Assembly (NCBI GenBank): GCA_017499595.2
Contig: CM039000.1
Span: 1,922,001 to 1,986,000 of the forward strand
Length of the DNA: 64,000 nucleotides
Source: Psilocybe cubensis
Taxonomy: Eukaryota
Direction: 5' to 3'
Part shown: positions 1 through 13,253 of the stretch, in pieces
Layout: each line of letters starts with the position of its first letter
Numbering within the stretch: the stretch's first letter is position 1
Notes under the pieces: model-generated
The model's database searches: none
The model's input: the letters and a program-made list of their open reading frames with translations, nothing else
What the model was told of the DNA's origin: nothing
Position numbers and translations under genes: made by a program

Positions 1-1182
1 GGCCTGTGGATTCCATTAATGACGATATCTTTTGTCCGTGAGTAAATAATTAGCATTCCGTTGTTGTCTACAAGTCTGACTAGCAATTAGGCGCTGCAAG
101 CTTTACCATTTATTCGCGCACCAAAGAGAATTTCCACAACAATAACATCCTTTGTCGTGACAGCATCATCGATGTTTCTTTAACAGGAGGAGTAAGTGGT
201 GCGATGTCCGGTGCTCTCATATCTTTTGGAAGTGCTCGTGCGTGTTAAAAACTGTACCAGAATTGAACTTCAAACCGACTAATTGTGCTCTCCGGTAGCT
301 TTTGAGCTTGTCAAAGTTTGTCGGCCGATGAGATTACCGTATTTCAATCCACTGACAGTACACAAGGTTCGTAGACAGTTGGAATATACCATTGCGGCCA
401 CCAAGGGTATCACAATGGCGAAACCTCCGGGAACAATTGAGGCGGTGAAGGATATCTTTCGGACTAACGGCCTTGCGGGCTTGTACACAGGTTTTCGACT
501 TCATTTTGGTACGTCTGAAGACATATTTTCGATTCAAAGATTTACCCTGACTATGATAATAGTTCGTGATACGGCTGGGACGGCATTGTATTTTCTTGAA
601 TATGATGGAATGCGCCATCTTCTTGGGAGGCAAAGGTCGGGAGAACAAGGACCGACTCCTCCATGGCTCCCGATACACTCCTCTTTGGTTCCTTTCGTTT
701 GTGGTTCGCTTTCAGGGGTGTGTAAACAAGCGAAACTTATCGTACAACATTCGATGTACTGAATGCCGACAGGTTACTTCGTGGGCATTGATATATCCAT
801 TGGATGTGTAAGCCCCTAAATCCATTTTTACACTTTACCCGACTTCCATCGATTTTTACTTTTTTTTATAGTGTAAAAACCAAAGTCCAACAACGTGCTT
901 TAGCAGGAGAACGTTATCGAGGTCCATGGGAGACATTGTACCGCCTTGTTCGAGGTGGGTACACTACAGGGTTTTGGAACTGAATAATTCTAAAACATTT
1001 TCTTAGGGCCAGATCCTACTTCGCCTAAACCTATTCTGTCCGGTGTCGCCAGAATATACCGAGGCCTTGGAGTCAGCGCTTTGCGGAGTATCACAACTCA
1101 TGGCTTGCTATGGACGTTATTCGATATGACTGCACAATACATCGACAAACTACCTCCTTCAAGAGTGGATAATCATTATTAA
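1..1182 (+). CDS. Mitochondrial carrier (SLC25/MCF) family protein, 5' end outside window, multi-exon
   Basis: Carrier signatures across exons: PFELVK, GLAGLYTGFRLH..RDTAGTALYFLEY, WALIYPLDVVKTKVQ, IYRGLGVSALRS; TAA at 1180-1182. Confidence 0.85.
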
Positions 1183-1421
1183 TCTGTGACATCTAAGGGT
1201 GTTATACACACAACCCACCATTCTTTTTGCCGTAACATAGATAAAATTATAGTACTCATTATGTATCATATTTACTTGAACTTGACAAAAAAAACAGGCA
1301 AGTTCTGAGTTGTTATTGATAAGTTGAGGGGGTCGTAAGTGTAAATAATTGTTTTATTCGGCGTATAGAGGCATGATATGAACAAGCTACATGACGTCCA
1401 AAGATATTAGGACAAAGGAAA

Positions 1422-3472
1422 TTATCGTGCTTGCACGTAATCATCGATTTTCAGAAGTAGGCATACTGTTTCTGTCGAAAGTTCGACAGCGCTGGTGCTG
1501 ACCAATAAAGGTTGCACGACATCCTCTTCCAAGATGTTAGAAATTAGACCCTAAAATCAACGTTAATATGATTTTAGATTGTTCGAAGGCATAAGGTTAC
1601 CTTGCGAACGTTGATTCCAGCATTCCTCTCTCCCAAAGCATGGCGATTGCGCAACTCGGTCACAATAGCGATAGGGTTCAAACCAGCATTCTCTGCCAAG
1701 GTGGTTGGAATGACTTCAAGTGCGTCGGCGTACGCCTGGAAACAATAGGCCTCCATGCCCTTCAGCGATTGGGCATATTGCGAAAGAAGGCGAGAAACAT
1801 GAATTTCTGGGGCACCGCCTCCACCAATAAGGGCCCTTAATAGAAACATCAGTCAAATGAAGGTGATTGTTAGTTGTAATTCTGACCTTTTCTTCACCAA
1901 GCACCTAACGACACACAAGGCGTCGTGTAAGCTACGCTCACATTCGTCTACAACAAGGTTGTTGCTTCCAGTAGCGAGGATGCTGACAGTTCGTCCCCTA
2001 TTTTTTATACCAGTGATACGTACAACTTTGACACCCGAATCACCAGTTTCTTCCACCAAATCCGCATATCCCAATTTGTCTTCAGTGAAGGCCTCAATAT
2101 CAGAGATCGGTTTGCATCCCAGACTCTTTGAGAGAAATTCGATTTCATCACGCTCAACATCCTTGACGACGAGGATATTCAAGCGTTTGAGATAGTTGAG
2201 TGATAAATCATCGACTGCGTCTCGGAGAATAGATTTTTGAATAAGGAGGACATTACAATTTGCCTTTTTGATCTTCTTGCAAAGATTGAGAATATATTGA
2301 CGACCTTCCTTTAACACTTTGTCCATGAGACGGTAATCGTTAATGACAACTGTGTTGTCCATCTATATGACAACTATGTCAGCATCGCCTATGGGAGGAG
2401 AATATTTTAGAACATGCATCGGGTTTAGGGGCACTCAATTGGAACTGAATGATGGCAATCTTTGCCTTTTCCATTCGGGTTGGGCCACCGGCGGACACAA
2501 CAACGTTTTGGTTTAAAACAACACCTTCCACCAATTCCGTATCTTCAATGGTACCGCCGATTTTCTTAACGACGCGAATATCTCTCAGATCCACGTTTGA
2601 AGAGGTTGCGGTAACAAGGCGCGATACTGCTGCTACGGCGATTGGGGCCAACGTTGAAGAATACTGTGAAACAATCTACCACGAAAAGAATGATTAGCTA
2701 CCGGTTGCGAATACGGTCACTTATATACCTTGGAGTTTAAGGAGGTGCTGGCAGCTCTTAAGAGGCTGGACTTGTCATTAAGGTCGATAGGCGTTGACAT
2801 CTCAGTCAAATATTCAACAGCTTTGGCTGAAGCTCGGAGGAACGATTCGGCCACGATAGTGGGATGAATTCCCTTTTGCAACATCTTTTCTGCAGCACCC
2901 AGTAAGCTTCCGGCCAGGACTACAACGGATGTTGTTCCATCTCCGGCTTCGATATCTTGGGCAGCAGAGAGGTCGACCAGCTGAATCAAATTTAATAAAA
3001 TATGGAACTTGTTCGAACGTTCACTCATATCGACGCACCATTTTTGCAGCAGGATGCAATGCTTGAATACTTTTCAAGATTGTAGCTCCATCGTTTGTTA
3101 CAATGACCTCCCCCTTTGATGTTTGGATCTGAAAATATATCATCAGTGAGATTGTTTGAAAGGAGACAATACGTATGCTACGGCACCATCTTGTCCATTC
3201 CTCTTGGTCCCAACGAAGTGCGAACAGCGTCACTAATTGCTGTAGGCGGTAATGAGATAGATACGCCAGATTTTAGTCAGAATGACGCTTACCTTTTGCT
3301 GCAACCATGTTGGATAGGCGCAGTTCCATAGGTTTGCCCTGATCTCAAAACGCGTTTAGAAAGCGATCGCTTGTCCCAAAGAGAGACCCACTTTATCTTT
3401 GAAGGAGGCATTAGCTCCCGAAAGAACTTTGGTTACGCCTTGCTGGCTTTGGGAGGGTTGAGCTGAAGCCAT
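1422..3472 (-). CDS. CCT4: T-complex protein 1 subunit delta (CCT chaperonin)
   Basis: [34 protein letters not shown]-terminus [11 protein letters not shown] (MASAQPSQ) at 3472. Confidence 0.93.
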
Positions 3473-3673
3473 GGTGCGATTATAAAAGCTAGTGTTGTTC
3501 AAGGCAAGCAGACTTGACAGACTCAGAAACGCGTCCTTCAAAATGGGTAATCGCGTTACGGGGTGTGACTGATGGCACGCTGTCCAGTCATATCTCTATC
3601 CAGATCGGGCAGGCCGTTAATTGACTTGTCTTCAACCACCAGCATCTGTACTTCACTCCAGAACTCAAGCAAC

Positions 3674-5386
3674 ATGGCCTTTGTGAGTTGCTCCTACTAT
3701 GTATAACTCTAATGTGCTGAAACTCTCGATAGTTTGGCAATCCAAATGGACCTGGGGGTATTCTTGGTCAGATGGTTGGGTATGTGCAACGCGTCATATA
3801 CAATCTCAGCGCATAACCTCATCGTTCAATTAGTGGCTTCCATGCAGGTTATGGACCCCCAAGGCGAGCCAATCCACGAGCTTATGACGAATATCTTAAA
3901 GCGTACAGTATGGCCATGCTTCCCGGGAGAGAGAGGGAGCATGTTTCGTATGGTGGTAAACGTACGCGTCATCCATGCCATTAATAAACGATTTCAACTG
4001 TCTGACAACTTTTTTCTCTTTAGTGATTATGCCGCAATCCGCGCTCGCAAATTTGAGTAATCTCGAAATTGAATCGCCTTGGATGTTCAAGCTGCGAAAT
4101 CCAGCTAATCCTGCGGCTTCAACTCACGCAGGTGTCCTGGAATTTACAGCTGAGGAGGGTGTTGTTCACCTACCATATTGGATGATGAAAACATTGCGTT
4201 TGAACGAAGGTGACCCAATTCGAATCACTGGTACAGAGTTACCCAAGGGGAAATTTGTCAAGCTGCAGGCTCAATCCGTACACTTCCTCGAAATTTCCGA
4301 TCCTAAAGCAGTGTAAGTCCGGGATGACTATTTGGTACTCCTTTTCTCTGACCATACATCGCAGCCTTGAAAGCGCGATGCGCAACTTCACAACACTCAC
4401 TCAAGGCGATATCGTTGAAATATCATACAACTCCATTGTATTCGGCCTGCTAGTAATGGAAACAAGACCTGGCGGAGAAGGAATTACGGTTCTTGATACC
4501 GATCTGGAAGTCGATTTCGCCCCTCCTGTAGGATACGTGGAACCAGAAAGGCCGAAAGCTGCACCTCCAACAACCATGGCTTCGAAACTGAAGATAGATC
4601 TCGACTCGCAATCGCCTGGGTCGTCTCGACCAGGATCTTCTTTAAGTGGAGGATTTGCGGGCACAAGCACAGGGGTGACAAACGTGAGTAAGGACGGTGA
4701 TCAGTGGGAAAGCTTCAAAGGAAAGGGCGAAACCCTCGCGGGAAGAAAGACAAAGGGGAAAGGCATCAGTCATCGCAAAGCAGAACAAGTACCAGAAGGT
4801 AGCAAGATCATCAGGACCGAGTAAGTTCTGTTGTTTTCAATGCTTTGCGTCGGATTAAACATACAGTTGTTTTCCTTCCAGTAATCATCGCATTGTTTCC
4901 AACAATACATTAGAATCCGATGTCAAAGTACCAGCTGCTTTGAATCTCCCTTTTGGCCAACTTTTCTTTGGCTTCAATGTGCAGGCGTATACACCACCCG
5001 AACCTACCCCTGGCTCTCCTGAGGTACCGAACCAGGTAATTCAATGTTCTTTTTTGTTGCTGTAAAGCTCAACGCTCTCCTAGCCGCGACCCGCTTTTTC
5101 AGGTTTAGGTAACACATTAAGTGGTCGATCCAATGCAAAACCGCCAGCCCCACCAGCAACTGACAACAAGGGTAAGGCTCAAGCAGAGCCAGCTTCAACG
5201 CATACTTGGGGGTCATCTGGTCATACTTTGGGTCGAAAGCCTATCACCTCAGACGGGCCTGTGGGCGTGGGCGGTGCACGAGTCCCTCAACCGCCGCAAA
5301 GAAAGAACAAGAAGGTGGAACGGAGCCCATCACCTGAGGATTGGGGAGTTGACGATGATGATGTTATCATGATTGACAGTGATTAA
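3674..5386 (+). CDS. UFD1: Ubiquitin fusion degradation protein Ufd1 (Cdc48 cofactor)
   Basis: IMPQSALA, THAGVLEFTAEEG, LPKGKFVKLQ, DTDLEVDFAPPVGY; C-terminal SIM-like DDDDVIMIDSD*; 9-nt first coding exon ATGGCCTTT. Confidence 0.93.
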
Positions 5387-5481
5387 TGACTTTCGTTTAA
5401 TCTTGATTTGATCTTCTCTTCTTGTATCATTACCTCTTTTAAGTGCCAATATGTATATTCAGAACTACACCAATAAGGTTA

Positions 5482-7520
5482 TTAAAGCATTACGACACCG
5501 ATGCCTCTTCCGGCAGCAACATCTCCTTCACTGTTCATACCAGCCAGGGGTGATGTCCGCCAATTGTACAAGTAGAAATTCAAAAACCCGTCACCGAGTC
5601 CGAACTGAAGAAATGGTTCAATTACAATCCGCCAGGAAGTTTTTACGACTTACTTTAAGATCTTGAAGTATCGGTATGTTGTCCATTAAAGTCAACGCAT
5701 TAAAGACGTCGAATTTGGCTTCATTTGCGACAATGAGAGCATCCCCGATCAGCAACAACAGACGCTGCTTGAGATTCTCATCCTGCGCTGGTCCTTCTCC
5801 TTGAAGACCTGTCTCCGAAGCATAATAGAATAGATATGCAGCATCAAGAATAGGATTGTTAATATTCCCAATGACTGTTGACGGCAGAGAGTAAAAAGAG
5901 AAAAAATCGGTAATTTTCTTCGTGTTGGGATCCTAAAGAAACGGATATCAGAGCATTGAATACTATAACGGCGGTTCGCTGACCTCTACAACATATGCCC
6001 ATGTTACCTGACCTTGCCTGCGACCAGGTCCAGCACTCCCGATTTCTCCACGACCCATTCCGCTTAGAAATTGGTGCCTGACTTCATCAATATCAAATAC
6101 TGGGGCCATATCGAATCGTTGCATGTATTTGGAATACAGTTCAGCAACAGCCGTAACGTCTTCCTCCCTCATTTCTCTCAGTCCTGGTAGAACAGTAGAA
6201 GTAGCAAGTTTGTTGACGCGAACCATACGTGCGAGGGTCATATGGCGGGGCACGTAGCAGAAATGCGTGTCCACGAGTTTGGGGATGTTCAATAGTCGAT
6301 GGTGATAACGACAAACAGAGACTGGAGTGGGAATGACAATCCCTGCAGTATAAATGGCCTGGAAAACGCCTTGGAGATGACATTGACGCGTCACTTCTTT
6401 AATAAGCACAGGAGCTAATCGTTTCGAACGCAGTTTCTTGTGTACGCAGAGGTAGTTGATCTCGCTAAGCAAAATCACACTATAAATGAGATAAGTGGGG
6501 ATGATTCATGAAGTTATGCTTTAATCAACCCACTGTTTGCGGACACGCAATGTAAGGGGTACACCAGAGATGAATGCGACCAGTTTCTTGTTGGAGGAAA
6601 CGCGCACTCCAACATGCCATTCTTTATGATATCCCGGAGGAGTCAGGGCCCTATCATATTTTCAGTGAAAGGAACGTGATTTGATGCTAAAGGGGCTTGA
6701 CCATGTCAAAAATTCAGCAGTGTATTGGAATCTAAAAGCAGCCTGGTCATCTTCTATGTAATTGAGCGACAGCAAATCGTAGACTTCTTTATTCTAAATC
6801 ATGCCGATAAGTTTACATTGAGATCTGTCCCACCTGACATACCTGAGCAGGGTCTTTGATATCAAGCGTAGACCATTCAAAATCTTTAGGGAGCGGGTAT
6901 GGCTCTTGACGAACTTCTTCGCGCGGCTTTGAGGGTTCAATAAAACCATCCTCTGTAGGAGGACCTTCCCCTGTTGTATACATAGGTAAGTATACAGTGT
7001 ATAAGTGTTCCTATTCAATGCCTTACCAAGCTGTGGTACAGGCTGAGTAGACCAGAACTATACGAACCATCACAAGGAGTTACGAAAGAGAGGTAAAAAT
7101 CATCATGGAAGAACCCACCTTATGTTCTCCCATATCCTTCTTATTAAACCCTCCTATTCCAGCCTTTCCTTGGGCCACATCCATAATCTTCATCTGTTGT
7201 AAAGCTTGTCGAACATTGTCGATATTAGCATCAGCTACTCCTACACCCCCTTCGGCCTTAACTTTATCCAGTACTTGTTCAACGACTTCTTTGGGAATTT
7301 CGTCTTTCCCCCGTAAAGCATCAAGTACTTTCTTAGCCTTGGATTTCTTTTTCTTCTTCTTTTTCTGGGATGCCGACGTAGAAGGTGCTTGCAATGCATC
7401 AACGTTGGTGTCTCCTTCGACTTCGGCATCGGAGCCAGATTGATCGTCATCAGACTCAACATCTCCAGTCGCGTCAATGACTTCGGGAGCCTTTTCTTTT
7501 TGTTTCGAGGGAGCAGACAT
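5482..7520 (-). CDS. NMT1: Glycylpeptide N-myristoyltransferase
   Basis: N-terminal poly-Lys, [31 protein letters not shown]-terminus GIGVVML*. Confidence 0.95.
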
Positions 7521-8680
7521 GTTAGTAGAAGGAAGAATTCTAATCGTGATACTGATGGCGTATCGAGTACCAAAAGCACAGTAACTCTCAGTCCGGGAAG
7601 ACGGGCCGTATGTTTCCGAACCACTGAACACCATTGCACCAAACAAATTCATCTGTCTTGCACAGAATTTCTACAATAAAGATCTTCTCTATATATGTCG
7701 ATACTTTCGTGCTGACGCTAATTATGTCTAATGTAAACCTCTTTAATTCTGCCCTGTTTCCTGGGTTGAATTGTTGATTGGGGCTACCATTTGAAGGCCG
7801 TTATGGCCGACAGTGCATGGTAAGTATTGTCATTAATCTCACCTGAAGGCGGCTTACCTCTGGCTTTCGGTGGTACATCGGAGAACCTCACCCTGATACC
7901 TCAGCTAATTTTGTTTTGAAGGCTTTAAATGTGTAATAGGAATGTGACACATTGTGGTATGACGTACATTTCATTGCCCATTTATTAACTATTGCCAATT
8001 GTATGAAGCCAAAGAAAATAGAAATAAGTAGTCTTTTATTTACTTGACCTTGCCTCTGTTTTTGACTGCAATAGGCGGCCTTCTTACATCCATCCTCGAA
8101 GGTGTTGATGTTTTGTTACGTGCTAGGTCTATCGCCTGGCGACATAAAAGGGTTCCTCATCAGACTCGGATATCATCAACAGTGTTCTCAACGAGACTTG
8201 TCGACTACAAACTGGTATTCATAAAAATAAGCATGCAAGGGGGTAATCGAAACCACTACCAACAGTTGTATGCGCCGGCATGTCTTGTCGGAAGCCATGA
8301 GGAGGGTTAGCCATCGATTGTTGACAGTAATACCATTGGTAACGCTGGCTGCGTGCCGGATAGCAAGGAACAACTGTTTCTTTCGACAGAGAAACACAAG
8401 CGGGTGCTTTGAATATCACCGACAACTTTCCTGAGATAAGATTAAGCTAAAATTCAAAGATGTTCCGAAGTTCTATAACATGAAAGACATTTCGGATTGG
8501 TGCGCAATTAAGTCTGCTCTTCACAAAACAGTGAGACTATTTGGAAAAGGATTATTATAAAAAGACATGCTGTAAACCTCAGAATGACATCGACAAGAGC
8601 AACGGAAGGACCAGAAATGGAACATGAAAAAAGCGGGAAAGCACAGGGATGCAGAAATTAAAGGAGACGCTTCAACAAGC

Positions 8681-9600
8681 TTAAGGAGGAACAGGTCCAG
8701 GAAGCAACGACAAGGAAAGTTGCCACGATCCTTCAGGTGGAAATTGTACATGCAATCCTTGGAATCGTCGGTGTCCGCCCAATACGTCAACACGCCGATA
8801 CCCTTGGGCGATGACCACTGCTTCGACTGCACGGCTGTCTTTTGCGCGTTCTTTGAGAGCGAGGCGCAAGGACTTTTGATTGCCAGGTACTGTATTGATA
8901 TGAGAAATATCATCTGGAGTCAAGAGCTCACGGAGGTACTTGTAAATTGCATTCAAGACATCGCCGACAGTAAGATTTTCCGACGATCTGATGGTCAACA
9001 ATCCCCAGCGTTTCATCCAATATGAAAGGACGGGATGGGTAGACACGAGTCTGACCTTCCTAATCCTGGTCGTGAATGCAGGATCTTCGAAGTTGGGTTG
9101 TACCCGATGCAAGAAGGGTCGATCATAGAGGCGCGCAGAAATTTCTGGAGGATGCGTAATGTCCCAAAAGATCCAGGGATGTACTGGGTTATCAAAATTT
9201 ATCGATAATTGAGGATTGAGTTCTAATGGTGGTGCAGAAGCAAGAGGTTGCTGCCATTGCATTGGTGATGCATATGGATTGGACGGGGTGATGCCCGGCA
9301 ACAGTGTTGTGGACCATGGCGGAGGTGTCCTCAACCACGCGTTTGGAGGTGGTGGGTTTCGTGCGGGAATGCAGAACATTAAACTTTCATCGTGAAATGG
9401 CTTTAATATCCGCATTCCATTCTCCGTAACAGAAGTGATACGACCCGGGGGAACACCTGGTGGGATATCTTCATATGGACGAAGGACTTCTGGAGGTATA
9501 TAAGGATAGTATTGAGGCTGAAATCTGTTCATCGCTGGAGTGCGCTGCGTCAGCCGATGTTATACGGTTGGGTTGGCCGGGGGTTGTACCTACCAGCCAT
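8681..9600 (-). CDS. Basidiomycete hypothetical protein, DUF6699-like
   Basis: 283-aa ORF: Pro-rich N-terminus, then LNPQL..WDITHPP..TVGDVLNAIY..RRVDVLGGHRRFQGL. Probable 7-nt first exon at 9594-9600 and intron 9535-9593. Family call is from recalled motif pattern. Confidence 0.65.
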
Positions 9601-10142
9601 GGCGATTACAAGGAGAGAGTATAAATACCAAAGAATAAAAAGAAAAGGCGCATATACGATGTCAACGACCGTATAAAACGTCAAGATCAGCCATGTTGAA
9701 GTATTTGGTTGAGAGAAGTCGATCGATAACTTTAGATCGATATTTCACCGCGTTACCGGATCCACATAGAAACATGGGTGACTGTCGTAGCACCGAAGAC
9801 ACACACAGACAACAGACAGACAACAAATCCTTAGTCGAACTAAACTAGAACAAGGATCTGGGCAGATGGTTCAAAGTCGTCGCATTGCAATTATAAGAGT
9901 CATAGACCTGAGTCAATACGAGTCTCCCAATCCCAATTCGAATAACGCACAAGACCAACTATCGAGGCTGCAAGATACTTTGCGAACAGATTCTTGTCTT
10001 GATTTGCGCGAAGAATTAAGGTGAGAAGTGTGCGGGCAAGAATGTTGCCTGTCGGCTGCGTACGAGGGAAACTATTTCTGTATTGGGAATGATGAAGCCC
10101 AAGGTGCGTCAACATTTTCGATTCACCTTCAATACTCTCCCA

Positions 10143-13017
10143 ATGGCAACGATGCTCGTCGCCTGGGTACTCCTATCCTCTCTTCTGCTAGGTATAACCG
10201 CTACCCCGACAAAACGTACATACGACACCCACAATTATTACGTTCTTCGTCACAACCCATTCCTCACTTCAGGGGCATCGCTGGACGATGTTGTACGAGC
10301 CTTGAAAGTCGAACTTGTAGAACAAGCCGGTGAACTTCAAGACCACTGGATTGTCAAACAGCTCAAGGATACACGCCTTACTACCAGAGATGTCTCCGAT
10401 CCTGTGCTCTCTAGGTTTGAGGCATTTAAGCGGCAAGCAGACTCGTCTCTGGAAATACGTTCTGAGGAGACCCAGTTGGCTCAACGGATTGTCTCCTCCG
10501 TGGATTATCTCTCCTTGCAAACTCTACGCCAAAGAACTAAGCGCGCGCCTCCGCCAATAACCCCCTCCGCCTCCACCTCATCGAAAGCCGTGGCTGCACG
10601 GTTTGGAATAGAAGACCCAATGTTTGGCAAACAATGGCACCTTGTCAATGAAGAATATCCAGAGCACATGATGAATGTCACAGGTGTATGGGATATGGGA
10701 CTTACTGGTAAAGGTGTTATATCCTCTTTAGTAGACGACGGTTTGGATTACGAGAGCGAAGATTTATCGTCCAATTTTGTGAGTTCTTTCTGTTTGTTCA
10801 AGTTCATGCACTTTCTTTTCTTAACTATTGATACATTTTGCAGGATGCTGACAATTCATACGACTTCAACGATCACGAAAAACTGCCTACTCCCAAGAAT
10901 TACGACGATCATCACGGAACGCGCTGCGCAGGTCAAATCGCGGCTGAGAAAAATAACGTATGTGGTGTGGGAATAGCCTATGATTCTAAGGTTGCTGGTG
11001 TCAGAATCCTTTCTGGCCCCATCTCGGACGTCGATGAAGCAGCCGCCCTTAATTATGGCTTCCAGAACGTGTCAATATATAGTTGCAGCTGGGGCCCGCC
11101 AGATAATGGAATGTCTATGGAAGGACCGAATTACTTGATCCAGAAGGCAGTTGTTAATGGAATCAACAACGGAAGGGGAGGTAAAGGATCAATATTCGTC
11201 TTTGCCAGCGGGAACGGCGCAGCTCATGGGGACCAGTGCAATTTCGATGGTTACACAAATAGCATTTATTCCGTGACGGTGTCAGCTGTCGACTACAAGG
11301 GCTTGCATCCATATTACTCGGAGCCTTGTGCTGCGAACATGATTGTGGCATATAGCTCAGGCAGTAATCATCAGATTGTGGGTTCATTTAGTAATATACA
11401 TAAAATCGCTGCTCAAGTTTTGTTTAGGTTACTACTGACAAAGGTAAAAACGTTTGTGCGACGACTCATGGCGGAACATCTGCTGCTGCTCCCAACGCCG
11501 TCGGGGTTTTTGCATTAGCATTAGAAGCGCGGTACGGCGTTTTCAATCATTTTCCTTTTTCTCCATTGATCATGGCCGTAACCAGTCCTGACTTGACTTG
11601 GCGGGATATTCAACATCTTTGCGTTAAAACGGCTGAAGAGATAAATAAAGATGATCCGGATTGGGAAAAGACAGCAAGCGGTCGTCGGTACAGTTACAAG
11701 TATGGCTTTGGTGTTCTGGATGGCTACAGATACGTAAAGGCGGCCCAGACATGGAAACTCGTCAAACCTCAAGCTTGGCTTGAAACCAAAACCATTCAGC
11801 TCAACAATGGGACTTTTGGTGATGACAAGGTATTCAAAGGTGGCGAATTTATACCTCCGAATGGTATTGAGAGCAAGATGACGATCACAAAAGAAATGAT
11901 GGAAGAAAACAATTTGGAGGCCCTTGAGCACATTAATGTCAGAGTTTGGATACAACATGCATCTCGCGGAGAAGTGGAAGTTGAAATCATGAGTCCAAAC
12001 GGAATCAAGAGTGTACTTGGCGGACGTCGCACGGCAGACAGGGATACCTCCGGATATCCTGGATGGATGTTTATGTCGGTCAAGCATTGGTCTGTTCATC
12101 CTGTTTCCCTTCGTTAAAAATTAGCTCACTTTGTAATTAGGGGTGAAAATCCTGTCGGGGACTGGACTATCAAAGTGAAAGATCAAAACAATGCTCAAAG
12201 TAATGGTTCATTCTTAGGGTGGAATATGATATTATGGGGGTCTACCATTGACCCGACACAAGCAATCAAGTATGAAGTTCCCCTAGTAGCTGATGTGTTA
12301 CCTCCCGTCGAGGTTCCCCATAGGCCGATCATTGTACTTCCTCCCACCACCACAACATCAACTAGGCAACACCCTAAACCAACAGCGAACCTTCCGAGCG
12401 ACCATGCCGTGGCGACTGGAGAAAATTCCAAGCCCGCTTTTTCCTCAGCTGCTGAAACTCAACCTTCACCAACAACTGCACCTTCTCCTCTGATATCTGG
12501 AACGCCTGACTTTGGCTGGTTCTCAGATATGTCGTCGCTGGTCACTGGCCAGAAATGGTTTTTCGGTGCTCTAGGGGCTGTTTCATTATTTGGCATTGGC
12601 GTTGGGGTCTTCTTTTGGAGACGCAGGGTGGCTCAGAAAGCGGCACAGTATACTGCTTTAAACAATGACAATGACGTTTCAATGTCTGCTCTGGGAACTT
12701 CAATATCTGGGGGACCTCGTACGACAAGGGAGCTCTACGATGCTTTCGGAGAGGTGTCAGACGATGATGATGACGAGACTACGGCACTCAGACAACCTCT
12801 GACACGCGGCGCAGACGGAATCGGGTTCCATTCAGGATTCTTGGACGACGATGATCCTCCAACAGCAACTCCCGGTCATACTCGATTATACCACGATGAA
12901 CCCAGCAATCATGAACACGAAACGCAAATGAAAGCACGAGATGCATCGACACCTGAAGAAGTGATTAGTCCAACGGGGAGTGCCGATGGTAGCTGGGAGC
13001 ATGCTTCACGAGAGTGA
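10143..13017 (+). CDS. KEX2: Kexin, subtilisin-like proprotein convertase
   Basis: Signal peptide, prodomain ending RQRTKR, catalytic VDDG / HHGTRCAG / ASGNG / HGGTSAAAP, P-domain, TM helix, acidic cytosolic tail; start may be 10152. Confidence 0.95.
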
Positions 13018-13253
13018 CTTTGACGACTAACGCAATTTGTACCATATTATACCGTAGAACATTAATTCATTTTCAGGGCATCAGGGACTACATAAATACT
13101 GGTAATATTAACTGAAGACAACATCAAAACAGTATGAAAATATATCAACGAGAAAGATCAGACAACATCTATGGTACACGTGCATCCGAGGATTTGTGTT
13201 GGTATCCAGCGCAAAGAAAACAGCAAGTTGAGTGTACAAAAGGAGTGAGACAA

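Noticed and set aside
10143-13017. KEX2 as marker of a peptide (KEP/RiPP) cluster
   Set aside because: No repeat-containing precursor, DUF3328 or tailoring genes seen nearby; neighbours are housekeeping genes
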